A stretch of 64,000 nucleotides of DNA from Clostridiales bacterium (GCA_016281915.1 JAEEJO010000045.1:73-64072); one strand, 5' to 3'; numbered from the stretch's first letter, positions 8,910 to 18,250 are shown. Translations and numbers: made by a program. Notes: a model not told the origin generated them from the sequence alone.

Positions 8910-9779
8910 ATGAGATCTGCCTTAAAAGCGATATTCGCGGTTTTCGCACTGTCTTTTTTGCTTGCCGTCATCTTTGCAGGCTGCGGTAAAACAGTCGATG
9001 ATCAGATTATTGATAATACGGAAAATATATCGGAGACATCAGATATGAAATCAGGTTACGTTCAGATAGACGCCGAAACAGCAATGGAAATGATGGAAAG
9101 AGACGACGGTCATATTATTGTTGACGTTCGCAGGGAGGATGAGTATCACGACGGACATATACCCGGCGCGGTGCTCATACCTAACGAAAGTATAACCGAT
9201 GAAATGCCCGCCCTGCTTCCCGATCCGGATCAGATCATTCTTATCTACTGCCGCAGCGGAAGAAGAAGCAAGGAGGCGGCGGCAAAGCTCGCAGATATGG
9301 GCTATAAAAACGTATATGAATTCGGCGGTATTATTGACTGGCCGGGCGAGATCGTGAAAGAGGAGACAGCGGAGACTGAAACTGACGAAGAAAATTCCGA
9401 CGTCGTTATACCCTCATGCGTTCTTGTTATAAAGGCGAACGGTAAAACGTTTTATGCGAATTTTGAGGAAAATTCGTCTGCGCAGGCATTTATCGATAAA
9501 CTCAGCGTCGAGCCGATCATCGTAGAAATGCACGACTACGGCAATTTCGAAAAAGTCGGTCCTTTGCCGTGGGATCTTCCGCGCAACGATACGAGCATAA
9601 CCACAAGGCCCGGAGACGTTATACTCTATCAGGGAGATCAGATAACGGTCTACTACGATGAAAACAGCTGGACATTCACGAAACTTGCCAGCATAGGCAG
9701 CGCAACGAGAGAAGCGCTTATAGAAGCATTCGGCAGCGGCGACGTGACCGTGACATTTTCGGTCGAGTGGAGCGAATAG
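8910..9779 (+). CDS. lipoprotein with rhodanese domain fused to cyclophilin-like (TM1367-type) domain
   Basis: Lipobox IFAGC; DVR...GHIPGA...YCRSGRRS; C-terminal MHDYGNFEKVG...PGDVILY. Confidence 0.8.
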   Translation: MRSALKAIFAVFALSFLLAVIFAGCGKTVDDQIIDNTENISETSDMKSGYVQIDAETAMEMMERDDGHIIVDVRREDEYHDGHIPGAVLIPNESITDEMPALLPDPDQIILIYCRSGRRSKEAAAKLADMGYKNVYEFGGIIDWPGEIVKEETAETETDEENSDVVIPSCVLVIKANGKTFYANFEENSSAQAFIDKLSVEPIIVEMHDYGNFEKVGPLPWDLPRNDTSITTRPGDVILYQGDQITVYYDENSWTFTKLASIGSATREALIEAFGSGDVTVTFSVEWSE

Positions 9780-9801
9780 CAGATATGAAAATGTAATAAA
9801 T

Positions 9802-9838
9802 AACGGCGGTCCCCATATCCGGGGATCGCCGTTTTTAT
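9802..9838. terminator. intrinsic terminator
   Basis: AACGGCGGTCCCC-atatcc-GGGGATCGCCGTT followed by T-tract. Confidence 0.75.
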
Positions 9839-9885
9839 CAATAATAATAAAAATCCGTTTTATCTCGCCGTAAAAATCATTTCAG

Positions 9886-11391
9886 TCAGGTTCCGTCCTT
9901 ATGCCCTCCGACCTGCTTGTTTCGCTCGATGGTCGTTGCGCCTTCCTGAAGATTTATGCCTTTCAGAATGGCGTTTTTACCGAATTTCTTTTTCAGCTCA
10001 ATGGCAGCCTGCTGAATACGGCGCTCTTTTTCTCTTGCGGCTTCCTTTTCGGCTTCTTTCTTTTCCGTTTCATCGGGATCGTCAAAAAGCGAAAGCTGCG
10101 CCGTTCCTGACTTTGCGGGTGCTTCCGACTCAGGGATCACGTGATTCGCAACTACATACATTCTGCGGACCGTGAGACTTTTATCTGTTATGCGCTCATA
10201 AAGCTCCGTTGCCTTTTCCATAATAAGCTTTGTTGAAGATGTATATTCTCCGAGATTTATGGAACCGTGCGCGTTTTTCGGCGTTTTCCTGCCGTAGCGG
10301 TCTGTTTCAACCGCGCCGTCATAATCGCCAGAAACGTTTTCCGTATCATATCCCACGGTAAGCACCATCTGATCGGTAACAAGCCTTTTATCAACAAGGT
10401 CAAGCACGAGAAGATCAGTCATCTCACGCAGAATAAGCCGCCCTTTTTCCCATGTATAGGGTTTTGAAAGCACCTGACCCGAGCTTATACTGTTGTTTTC
10501 CGGTCTGAACGCCTTAACGTCGGCTATGGTGGTCGGTTCATAGCCCCACGCATGGTTGATCATCAGCTCCGCATTTACTCCGAACTCTTTATAAAGCCGC
10601 TCTTCGTTCCTTACGGAACAGAGCGCGATATCGCCCAGCGTAAAGATCCCCATTTTTTCAAGACGTCTCGAAATTCCGGGGCCGATCCGCCAGATATCCG
10701 TTATAGGTCTGTGAGACCAGAGCGTGCGGCGGAACGACATCACGTCAAGCTCGGCAATGCGAACGCCGTCTTTGTCTGCGGGCATGTGCTTTGCGGAAAC
10801 ATCCATAGCCACTTTTGCAAGGAACATATTAGTCCCTATTCCGGCGGTAGCGGTGATACCGGTTTCGTCAAGAACGTTTTTTATCAGACGCATCGCAAAC
10901 TCGTGCGCCGTCAGTCCGTAAAGCCTGAGGTACTGTGTGGCATCAATGAAAACCTCATCTACCGAATAGGCGAAAATATCTTCGGGAGAAACCTCTCGCA
11001 GATATATCGAATATACCTGTCCGCTCACACGCATATATTCGCGCATCCTCGGCGCGGCTCTGATAAAATCCACTTCAAGCGAAGGATCGGATAAAAGAGC
11101 ATTGTAATCGTCTGATTTTCCCGAAAAAGACCTTCCGTGAATAGCATACCTTCGCTGCCGGTTTACCTCTTTGACCCTCTGCACAGCCTCAAAAAGCCGC
11201 GCTCTTCCGGAAATTCCGTAAGATTTCAAAGACGGCGAAACGGCAAGGCAGATCGTCTTTTCCGTTCTGCTCTCGTCTGCCACTACAAGATTTGTCGTCA
11301 GCGGATCGCGGCCTAGTGCAACGCACTCAACGGAGGCGTAAAACGACTTGAGGTCTATTGCGATATATATTCTGTTTCCGTCGTCTGTCAT
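9886..11391 (-). CDS. Y-family DNA polymerase (UmuC/ImpB-like)
   Basis: IDLKSFYASVEC, YSVDEVFID, clamp-binding QLSLF, C-terminal GGH. Confidence 0.92.
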   Translation of the reverse strand: MTDDGNRIYIAIDLKSFYASVECVALGRDPLTTNLVVADESRTEKTICLAVSPSLKSYGISGRARLFEAVQRVKEVNRQRRYAIHGRSFSGKSDDYNALLSDPSLEVDFIRAAPRMREYMRVSGQVYSIYLREVSPEDIFAYSVDEVFIDATQYLRLYGLTAHEFAMRLIKNVLDETGITATAGIGTNMFLAKVAMDVSAKHMPADKDGVRIAELDVMSFRRTLWSHRPITDIWRIGPGISRRLEKMGIFTLGDIALCSVRNEERLYKEFGVNAELMINHAWGYEPTTIADVKAFRPENNSISSGQVLSKPYTWEKGRLILREMTDLLVLDLVDKRLVTDQMVLTVGYDTENVSGDYDGAVETDRYGRKTPKNAHGSINLGEYTSSTKLIMEKATELYERITDKSLTVRRMYVVANHVIPESEAPAKSGTAQLSLFDDPDETEKKEAEKEAAREKERRIQQAAIELKKKFGKNAILKGINLQEGATTIERNKQVGGHKDGT

Positions 11392-11410
11392 CTCCGTTCT
11401 CCTTTCTCCG

Positions 11411-11617
11411 CTATGCTTTTTTCTTCAGTTTTTCGGGAAACTGAACCCGTATATCGAAAATGCTGCCGCACTCTAAGCATGTTTCACATATCGCCTTCGC
11501 ATATCTCGGCCGCAGCTTTTCTTCATCTTCGCGCGGCGTGAACCCCAGAAGATGTCCGCTTGTGAGAAGATAGCCTGTCACAAGTTTTCCGCCGCACTTG
11601 CTGCATCTTTTCTCCAT
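11411..11617 (-). CDS. small zinc-ribbon protein
   Basis: CSKCGG and CLECG pairs; GGAGG RBS; co-oriented with the polymerase. Confidence 0.7.
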   Translation of the reverse strand: MEKRCSKCGGKLVTGYLLTSGHLLGFTPREDEEKLRPRYAKAICETCLECGSIFDIRVQFPEKLKKKA

Positions 11618-11663
11618 ATTTCCCTCCGGAACGCATTATTTATTGACCGCGGCACGGTCCTTT

Positions 11664-12089
11664 TCAGTCGCGGCACGTAAGCTTTTCAAACTCCTCTTTC
11701 AGATATTCGTAACGCTTTTTCTTTTCTTCTTTTGCAAAATGTTTTTCGCGGAACTGTTCCGGACAGTTTTCATAATTCAGCACGGTGTTTCCGAACTGTT
11801 CGCTCGTCAGGTCGAAAACTTCGCCGTTTATCACGTTAAAACAGTGAAAATTACCGTCGTCAAGCGGAACGCCGCATACTTTTCCGCCGTAAATATCCTG
11901 CAAAAGGAACGCCGTTATTGAACACTGACCGAGAGTTTTGTCAGCTTTGCTCCATTTGTCTCTCATTCTTGGCGCGCATGTTTTCTCGCACCAGATCTCC
12001 GAAAGAATATCATAGCAGTCACACAGCGTATATCCGCTTTTTTTTATTGCGGCGGCTTTCTGCCATCCGTAAAATCCGTATGTTTTCAT
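11664..12089 (-). CDS. YunG-like protein
   Basis: GQCSITA...HCFN...DLTSEQF motif. Start moved to ATG 12089 because a promoter lies inside the longer ORF call. Confidence 0.75.
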   Translation of the reverse strand: MKTYGFYGWQKAAAIKKSGYTLCDCYDILSEIWCEKTCAPRMRDKWSKADKTLGQCSITAFLLQDIYGGKVCGVPLDDGNFHCFNVINGEVFDLTSEQFGNTVLNYENCPEQFREKHFAKEEKKKRYEYLKEEFEKLTCRD

Positions 12090-12129
12090 ATCCGCTTCTC
12101 CGCATTCCGTCAAATTTTTATCTGAACGC

Positions 12130-12158
12130 ATTATAACACATTTTGTGACATCTGTCAA
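12130..12158 (-). promoter_or_regulatory. sigma-A promoter
   Basis: TTGACA-17 nt-TATAAT with extended TG. Confidence 0.8.
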
Positions 12159-12229
12159 CACGTGAAATTTATTTTTTCTACAAAAAAACACAGAATAGAT
12201 GCTTTTTTGAAAAAAATTTCTCTTCCCTC

Positions 12230-12258
12230 TTGACGTGAGATATGTTTTGTGGTATAGT
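12230..12258 (+). promoter_or_regulatory. sigma-A promoter of YolD-like gene
   Basis: TTGACG-17 nt-TATAGT with extended TG. Confidence 0.65.
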
Positions 12259-12309
12259 GTATGCACGAAATGTGATAAAATTAGTCGGATACGAGCGGAG
12301 GGGATAGTT

Positions 12310-12744
12310 ACGGAAAAGCTGTATGAAAGAATAATATTATGGCCGCATCACGTTTCGGCAAAGCATCCGCAGCGCGGAAAGGCGAGCTATGCCGCACAGT
12401 TTTCTCCGTTTGCAGCACTTGCGGGGTATGACGGGATCGTTCGCGAAACGGAACGCTATACCGAGCAGAGACCGGAGCTTGACGACAGCGAAAAAATGCG
12501 CATAGATTTCGGGCTGAGAATAATTATCGAACATATAAACGAGGAAAAAGAGATATCCGTCACATATTTCGTTCCGGATAAAACAAAACCCGGCGGTTCT
12601 GCTGTGACGGTGAGGGGAGTTTTAAGGAAATTTGAACCGCAGAAGGGGACGCTTGTTTTTGCAGACGGAGCGGAGGTCCCGGCAAATGATATTATCTCGA
12701 TCGATGCGGAAATAATAAACCGCTGCCTTTTCAACGGCATATAA
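12310..12744 (+). CDS. YolD-like protein (non-canonical or mutated start)
   Basis: PHHVS...AAQFSPFAALAGY...ISVTYF signature. ACG lies at RBS distance from GGAGG; no ATG/GTG/TTG in that position. Confidence 0.75.
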   Translation, partial: TEKLYERIILWPHHVSAKHPQRGKASYAAQFSPFAALAGYDGIVRETERYTEQRPELDDSEKMRIDFGLRIIIEHINEEKEISVTYFVPDKTKPGGSAVTVRGVLRKFEPQKGTLVFADGAEVPANDIISIDAEIINRCLFNGI

Positions 12745-12754
12745 AACGGGATTC

Positions 12755-12783
12755 TTGACAAATTACCCGCAAGATGATATAAT
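12755..12783 (+). promoter_or_regulatory. sigma-A promoter
   Basis: TTGACA-17 nt-TATAAT with extended TG. Confidence 0.8.
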
Positions 12784-12816
12784 CGTGTATATAAAATAGA
12801 TATGGAGGATATTATT

Positions 12817-13134
12817 ATGGGCGCATACTATACGCAGTCAGAGTTCAACGGCGGAATACTCGGTCTTATCGGAATCAACATCCTGCAAAAGATAATAATA
12901 GCGATCACTCTCGGAATCGCTGCACCGTGGGCAGTTTGCATGAAGGAGTCATGGATAGCAAGACACACTAAGATCGACGGCAGACAGGTGATTTTTGACG
13001 GAACGGGCGGACAGCTTTTCGGCAATTATATCAAATGGTTCCTCCTTACCATTATCACCCTGGGCATCTACGGCTTCTGGCTGAGCATCAAAATGAAAAA
13101 ATGGGTGGTAAAACATACGCATCTTATCGGATAA
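12817..13134 (+). CDS. DUF898/YjgN-like small membrane protein
   Basis: Duplicated F(N/D)GxxxxL...IITLGI...W motif; GGAGG RBS before ATG 12817. Confidence 0.8.
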   Translation: MGAYYTQSEFNGGILGLIGINILQKIIIAITLGIAAPWAVCMKESWIARHTKIDGRQVIFDGTGGQLFGNYIKWFLLTIITLGIYGFWLSIKMKKWVVKHTHLIG

Positions 13135-13237
13135 GCCGCCGATATATCCTGTAATCATTCTCAAACAGATCACCCATGCCGTTTCGATTAAAGGGTAAAA
13201 ACGCCTCGGATATTTTTGCGTTTAAGGGGAAAACAAT

Positions 13238-13630
13238 ATGGAGCAGATATGGAAAGATTTGTATCAGGCGGCAAAAGCCGTGCAAAAACCGAGAGATATC
13301 TCTGAGAGAATTTTTGCGGGCAGCGTTGCGGCGGCGATCGAATCGTCAGGCGGAAAGATCTATACGGGCGTATGCGTGGACACATCGTCATCACTCGGGA
13401 TCTGTGCGGAACGAAATGCGATTTTCAACATGATCACAAACGGCGAAAATGAGATCAGAAGAGTTCTGGCATTGATGCCGGACGGAAAAACAGGCGCTCC
13501 GTGCGGCGCATGCAGAGAGTTGATGACGCAGCTGATGATAGGGAAATACCGCTCCATACAGATAATGCTTGATTATGAGAATGAAAAAACGGCAACACTC
13601 GGAGAGCTGACTCCCGAATGGTGGATTTAG
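13238..13630 (+). CDS. cytidine deaminase
   Basis: CAE and PCGACRE zinc motifs. Confidence 0.9.
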   Translation: MEQIWKDLYQAAKAVQKPRDISERIFAGSVAAAIESSGGKIYTGVCVDTSSSLGICAERNAIFNMITNGENEIRRVLALMPDGKTGAPCGACRELMTQLMIGKYRSIQIMLDYENEKTATLGELTPEWWI

Positions 13631-13663
13631 ATCAGATATTAGAACATCGAATTGACGAGAAAA

Positions 13664-14284
13664 ATGGACGCCTCAAACGAATATTTCTTTGACGAACTGC
13701 CGTCGGATTATGAAGAAATACGATTATACGATACAGAAAGCAAAAAATTCAGGCTTATCACCGGTCCCGTTTCATTTGTGATATCCCTGGCCGCTGCATT
13801 GCTGATATTTTTTTTGAAAATCAATTTTTCTTTTGATAATTTTGTGATGTCGTGGCAGCCACTGTATCTGCTTCATATCCTTACGATTATTGTTTTTGTC
13901 TTAATTTATACGGCACTTCACGAGTTGACACACGGAATCGTTTACGGACTGTATACACACCGCAAGCTCCGATTCGGAATTTCGGGGTCGTTTGCATACT
14001 GCGGAGTGCCGGGTATTTATGTTAAAAGAAACGTCGCTGCTGCCTCCTGCATAGCCCAGTTTGTCATATTTACCGTATTATTCGCGGTTTTACTGGCCGC
14101 ACTGCCCGTCAGCGCATTCTGGTTCGTTGTTCTGGTAGTTTTTATGGATCATATCGGAGGATGTTTTGCCGATATATATGCTTTTGCCGCTTTGATAAAA
14201 AACGGTAAAGAACTGCTGGTGCTGGATAACGGTAAAGATCAGCATATTTTTGTGAAAAACGGCAGGGCGCCTTACGGCGTATAA
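13664..14284 (+). CDS. DUF3267-like membrane zincin metalloprotease
   Basis: HELTHG (HExxH) within TM helices, later GCFADI. Start is ATG 13664 or TTG 13652. Confidence 0.75.
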   Translation: MDASNEYFFDELPSDYEEIRLYDTESKKFRLITGPVSFVISLAAALLIFFLKINFSFDNFVMSWQPLYLLHILTIIVFVLIYTALHELTHGIVYGLYTHRKLRFGISGSFAYCGVPGIYVKRNVAAASCIAQFVIFTVLFAVLLAALPVSAFWFVVLVVFMDHIGGCFADIYAFAALIKNGKELLVLDNGKDQHIFVKNGRAPYGV

Positions 14285-14521
14285 GACCGCGGTGATCGCT
14301 GGCGAAAATCCGCTTAAAACGCAGGCGGACGAATATTTTTCCGCTCATAACGTCTAAAACGGTAAGGATATTCATCAACGCTCCGGCGCGGAGGTTTATT
14401 CAATCTTTTCCGCTTTCCTTCAACGATTAAGTTTACCGCAGATCGCAAAATGAAATATAAAAAAACAAAGGAAAAAATATGTTTTTCCTTTGTTTTTTTC
14501 TGTTATTTGCGGTTCTTCCTA

Positions 14522-14550
14522 TTGCATTTTTGCTGATTTTCTGTTATAAT
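14522..14550 (+). promoter_or_regulatory. sigma-A promoter of transketolase genes
   Basis: TTGCAT-17 nt-TATAAT with extended TG. Confidence 0.65.
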
Positions 14551-14621
14551 ATAATAAATAGGCTAAAATTGCTTGTATAACTTTTACTTCACAGATTATT
14601 CTTGAATTGGAGCTGATTATT

Positions 14622-15431
14622 TTGGAAACTAAAGATTTCGCGAAAAATATGCGAAAACTGATAGTTGAGGCTATCTACAATTCCGGCAGCGGACATCCGG
14701 GCGGATCTCTTTCCTGCGCGGATATCGTTGCGGTGCTTTTCAACGAGGAAATGAATAAATCATGCGAATGTCCCAACGATCCTGACAGAGACCGTTTTGT
14801 AATGTCCAAGGGCCATGCTGCCGCTACGCTTTATTCCGCACTTGCGCTCAAAGGCTTTTTCCCTCCGGAAGAAATGAAAACGTTCAGAAAGATCGGCGGT
14901 CGCCTTGAAGGACATCCCGATATGAAAAACATCCCCGGCGTCGATATGTCCACAGGCTCTCTCGGTCAGGGCATCTCTGCTTCATGCGGCATGGCTGTAT
15001 ACGGCAAAAAAGCCGGTAAGAACTACCGCGTATATACTGTAATGGGAGACGGCGAGCTTGAAGAAGGACAGTGCTGGGAAGCTTTCATGTTTGCCGCGCA
15101 CTATAAGCTTGACAATCTCTGCGTATTTATCGATTTCAACGGACTTCAGATCGACGGCGAAATAACAAAAGTTATGTCACCTCTTCCCATTCCCGAAAAA
15201 ATGAAGGCTTTCGGCTTCAATGTTATCGAAATAAACGGTCATGACCTTGACGAGATACGCGCCGCTCTGAAAAATGCGAAGGAAACAAAAGGTATGCCCA
15301 CTGCCGTTGTCTGCCATACCGTAAAGGGCAAAGGCGTTTCATTTATGGAAAACGTTGCAAGCTGGCACGGCACCGCTCCCAACAAAGAGCAATACGAACA
15401 AGCAATAAAGGAGATTGAAGCAAATGGCTGA
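14622..15431 (+). CDS. transketolase, N-terminal subunit
   Basis: SGHPGGSLS, SKGH, STGSLGQG, GDGE; TTG start behind GGAG. Confidence 0.93.
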   Translation: METKDFAKNMRKLIVEAIYNSGSGHPGGSLSCADIVAVLFNEEMNKSCECPNDPDRDRFVMSKGHAAATLYSALALKGFFPPEEMKTFRKIGGRLEGHPDMKNIPGVDMSTGSLGQGISASCGMAVYGKKAGKNYRVYTVMGDGELEEGQCWEAFMFAAHYKLDNLCVFIDFNGLQIDGEITKVMSPLPIPEKMKAFGFNVIEINGHDLDEIRAALKNAKETKGMPTAVVCHTVKGKGVSFMENVASWHGTAPNKEQYEQAIKEIEANG

Positions 15432-16401
15432 TATGAAAGCTCAAAGAGACGCTTACGGAGAAGTTATCGCGGAACTCGGAAAAAAATATCCGAATATGTA
15501 TGTTCTTGACGCCGATCTTACAAAGTCCACAAAGACCGCAACATTTAAAAAGGAATTTCCCGAACGTCATATAAACTGCGGTATTGCCGAAGGAAATATG
15601 ATGGCGGTTGCGGCAGGTATAGCAACGTGCGGAAATATCGTTTTCGCGTCGTCCTTTGCAATGTTCGCCGCAGGCCGCGCATACGAACAGATAAGAAACA
15701 GCGTATGCTATGCTCACAATAACGTAAAAATAGTTGCCACCCATGCCGGTCTTACCGTCGGCGAAGACGGAGCGACACATCAGTGCCTTGAAGACCTCGG
15801 ACTTATGCGTTCCATTCCCGGAATGGTCGTTCTTGCTCCTTCAGATGCAGGCTCTACAAAGGCGGCGTGCCGTTTCGCGGCCGAATATGACGGTCCCGTC
15901 TATATCCGTCTGGGCAGACTCCCTCTCACATGCTTCAACGACGAGCAGAATTATAAATTCGGTCTTGAACAGGCAGACGTTCTTATGGAAGGCGATTTTG
16001 CAACCGTAATGTTCTGCGGACCTTTCTACGATCTTGCAATGCAGGTAAGAGAGATATTTGCAAACAACGGTCTCAACATCCGCGTTGTTGACGTTCCGTG
16101 CATCAAGCCGATAAACAGAACGGTTGTGAAAAACGCCGCAAATGAAACAAAAGCCATCGTTACCATTGAGGACCACAATATTTACGGCGGTCTCGGTTCG
16201 GCAGTGGCTGAGGCTCTTGCGGAAGAAAAGATCGAAAACAGAAATCCCGTTGAGCTTATACGTATAGGCGCGCAGGACAGATTCGGCAAATCCGGCTCTC
16301 CCAAGGAGCTTCTTGCAAGCTACGGCTTTGACGCAGCTGCGATCGCTAAAAAGATCGTTGATACCGTCTGCCCCGAATGCGCAGATAAATTCAAGTTTTA
16401 A
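15424..16401 (+). CDS. transketolase, C-terminal subunit
   Basis: GIAEGNM, GEDGATHQ, PVYIRLGR, EDH...GGLG. Confidence 0.93.
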   Translation: MADMKAQRDAYGEVIAELGKKYPNMYVLDADLTKSTKTATFKKEFPERHINCGIAEGNMMAVAAGIATCGNIVFASSFAMFAAGRAYEQIRNSVCYAHNNVKIVATHAGLTVGEDGATHQCLEDLGLMRSIPGMVVLAPSDAGSTKAACRFAAEYDGPVYIRLGRLPLTCFNDEQNYKFGLEQADVLMEGDFATVMFCGPFYDLAMQVREIFANNGLNIRVVDVPCIKPINRTVVKNAANETKAIVTIEDHNIYGGLGSAVAEALAEEKIENRNPVELIRIGAQDRFGKSGSPKELLASYGFDAAAIAKKIVDTVCPECADKFKF

Positions 16402-16410
16402 ATAAATATA

Positions 16411-16447
16411 TTCCGGCGGCGGAAAATTCCGTTTCCCGCCGTCGGAA
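16411..16447 (+). terminator. GC-rich hairpin after transketolase
   Basis: TTCCGGCGGCGG...CCGCCGTCGGAA followed by CATTTT. Confidence 0.6.
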
Positions 16448-16474
16448 CATTTTCGATAAATAATCGTCTAAAAA
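16443..16474 (+). promoter_or_regulatory. putative ECF sigma promoter
   Basis: CGGAAC-16 nt-CGTCTAAAAA; identical elements at 40259-40290. Confidence 0.65.
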
Positions 16475-16556
16475 CCCGTAAACACACCACGACAAGAGCC
16501 TGTGCTCTTTTACCCAAACTCAAATACAGCCGCAGAACGGCAGAACGGAGAAAAAA

Positions 16557-18149
16557 ATGCAGAGAAAATACGGCAGAATAATATTATCTCTCGTGATCGC
16601 GGTCTTTCTGATCGCAATACTTGCCGCGTGCAATCAACCTCAGGAAGAACAAACCGGAAATCCCGTAAAGCGCGTAATGCTCAACATTACGGAATACTCC
16701 TTCACGTCACCCGACGAGTCTATACGTCTTTCCGCAGTTGTTCTGCCCGAAGACGCAGACGATAAAACGCTTACCTGGACAAACAGCGATCCCAATGTGG
16801 CAAATCTTAACAGTGAATATACCGTGGTTCCTCTTATAAACGGCGAAACGGTCATCACCGTAACATCTGTTTCAAGCGGACTTACGGCGGAATGCAAGAT
16901 CACGGTAAATCTTCCCGAGGTCGAACCTCCCGTTTTAACAACACCCGTAACAGGCGTGATCATTTCGCCCGACGTGCTTGAACTTACCGAGATCGGCGCT
17001 TCATCTCAGATAATCGCGGACGTAACTCCGTTCAGCGCAACGAATCAGAACGTTGTATGGTCAAGCTCCGACCCGTCTGTGGCAACCGTTGACGGAAACG
17101 GCGTTGTTACAGCCGTAAAAGAGGGAACGTCAGTCGTTACCGTAACTACCGAGGAAGGCGGATTTAACGCAAGCTGCTCAGTTACGGTTAAGCTGCCAAA
17201 GCAGGAAACTCCGTCCGAAAATACGACAGAAAAACCCAACAACTCCGGATCTTCAGACAATTCCGGTAACTCAGGCTCTTCGGGCAATTCGAGTTCATCC
17301 GGCAATTCGGGAAGCAGTTCATCCGGCAATTCGGGAAGCAGCTCGTCCGGCAATTCCGGCTCGTCAAGCACGTCCGTCAAACTTCCTTCCATTCCCGCAG
17401 CACGGACCGACGCCGATCACTTCCTTATTTCGGATAATCTTCTTGATTTCAATAAAGTCAATTCAGACGTAAAAGCATGGCTTTACGTTCCCGGCACAAA
17501 TATGAATTTCCCCGTGGCTCAAACGGAAGATAACGATTTTTATCTTACAAGGGGCCTTGATAAAAAATCGAAATATACAGGCTCGTGTTATATCGACTTC
17601 AGAAACGAGCTGCTTATAGACTCTAATACCATCCTTTACGGTCACGCAAAAGGAACCGATATTTTTGACCAGCTTGAAAACGTAACGCAGACAAAAGATT
17701 GGTTTTCAAATAAAGACAATATGTATGTCTGCCTCAACACTCTTGATGAGCTTACGGTATGGCAGGTCTTCGCCTGCTACTATACCGATGCCGACGCGGA
17801 TTATTATCTCTATACAAACTTCTTTCTTGACGAACAGAGCGTGCTGAAAAAATATAACGAGCTTGCCGCTACCGATCCGCAAAAAGCGGTGTTCGGTCTG
17901 CTTGACCCGAAAGAGATGCACGATTTCATGACAGATGACGACGCCTTTGTCGAATTTATGACAGGCTGGAGAACGCGTGCGGTGAAAGACAGATACGGAG
18001 ACGTCAACAACTACCTCAAGAGCCGCGACTATGGCGTAAAGATCGAAGCCGGCGACCGCGTTATCACACTTTCAACCTGCGCCGACTCAAGCGGACCGAT
18101 ACGCTACGTTCTTCTTGCAAAGCTTATCGCGTCAAAGCCGAGACCTTAG
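16557..18149 (+). CDS. lipoprotein with two Big_2 Ig-like domains, Ser/Gly/Asn linker and class B sortase domain
   Basis: Lipobox ILAAC; WTNSDPNVA and WSSSDPSVATVD repeats; YGH, TLSTC and RYVL sortase triad. Confidence 0.85.
   Translation: MQRKYGRIILSLVIAVFLIAILAACNQPQEEQTGNPVKRVMLNITEYSFTSPDESIRLSAVVLPEDADDKTLTWTNSDPNVANLNSEYTVVPLINGETVITVTSVSSGLTAECKITVNLPEVEPPVLTTPVTGVIISPDVLELTEIGASSQIIADVTPFSATNQNVVWSSSDPSVATVDGNGVVTAVKEGTSVVTVTTEEGGFNASCSVTVKLPKQETPSENTTEKPNNSGSSDNSGNSGSSGNSSSSGNSGSSSSGNSGSSSSGNSGSSSTSVKLPSIPAARTDADHFLISDNLLDFNKVNSDVKAWLYVPGTNMNFPVAQTEDNDFYLTRGLDKKSKYTGSCYIDFRNELLIDSNTILYGHAKGTDIFDQLENVTQTKDWFSNKDNMYVCLNTLDELTVWQVFACYYTDADADYYLYTNFFLDEQSVLKKYNELAATDPQKAVFGLLDPKEMHDFMTDDDAFVEFMTGWRTRAVKDRYGDVNNYLKSRDYGVKIEAGDRVITLSTCADSSGPIRYVLLAKLIASKPRP
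17292..17360 (+). repeat. 24-nt tandem repeat encoding SSSGNSGS linker
   Basis: AGTTCATCCGGCAATTCGGGAAGC twice exactly, plus a degenerate third copy. Confidence 0.8.
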
Positions 18150-18180
18150 AGAATAATATCGTTTTGTTAACGTAAAAAAA

Positions 18181-18211
18181 TGCAACTTACCGCCTAAAAT
18201 CTGCAACTTAC
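18181..18211 (+). promoter_or_regulatory. direct repeat TGCAACTTAC x2 (21-bp period), LytTR-like activator site
   Basis: Perfect 10-mers at 18181 and 18202, ending 10 nt upstream of the -35 box. Confidence 0.55.
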
Positions 18212-18221
18212 GCAATAGGGC

Positions 18222-18250
18222 TTGATTTCAGGCGGTTTTTGTTGTATAAT
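18222..18250 (+). promoter_or_regulatory. sigma-A promoter of second sortase
   Basis: TTGATT-17 nt-TATAAT. Confidence 0.65.

Noticed and set aside
1-14284. Mobile element or genomic island call for the accessory block
   Set aside because: No integrase, transposase, tRNA or flanking direct repeats visible; only the gene content is suggestive.
17240-17370. Possible CRISPR or VNTR-type array
   Set aside because: In-frame 24-nt coding repeat with no spacers; encodes a flexible linker.
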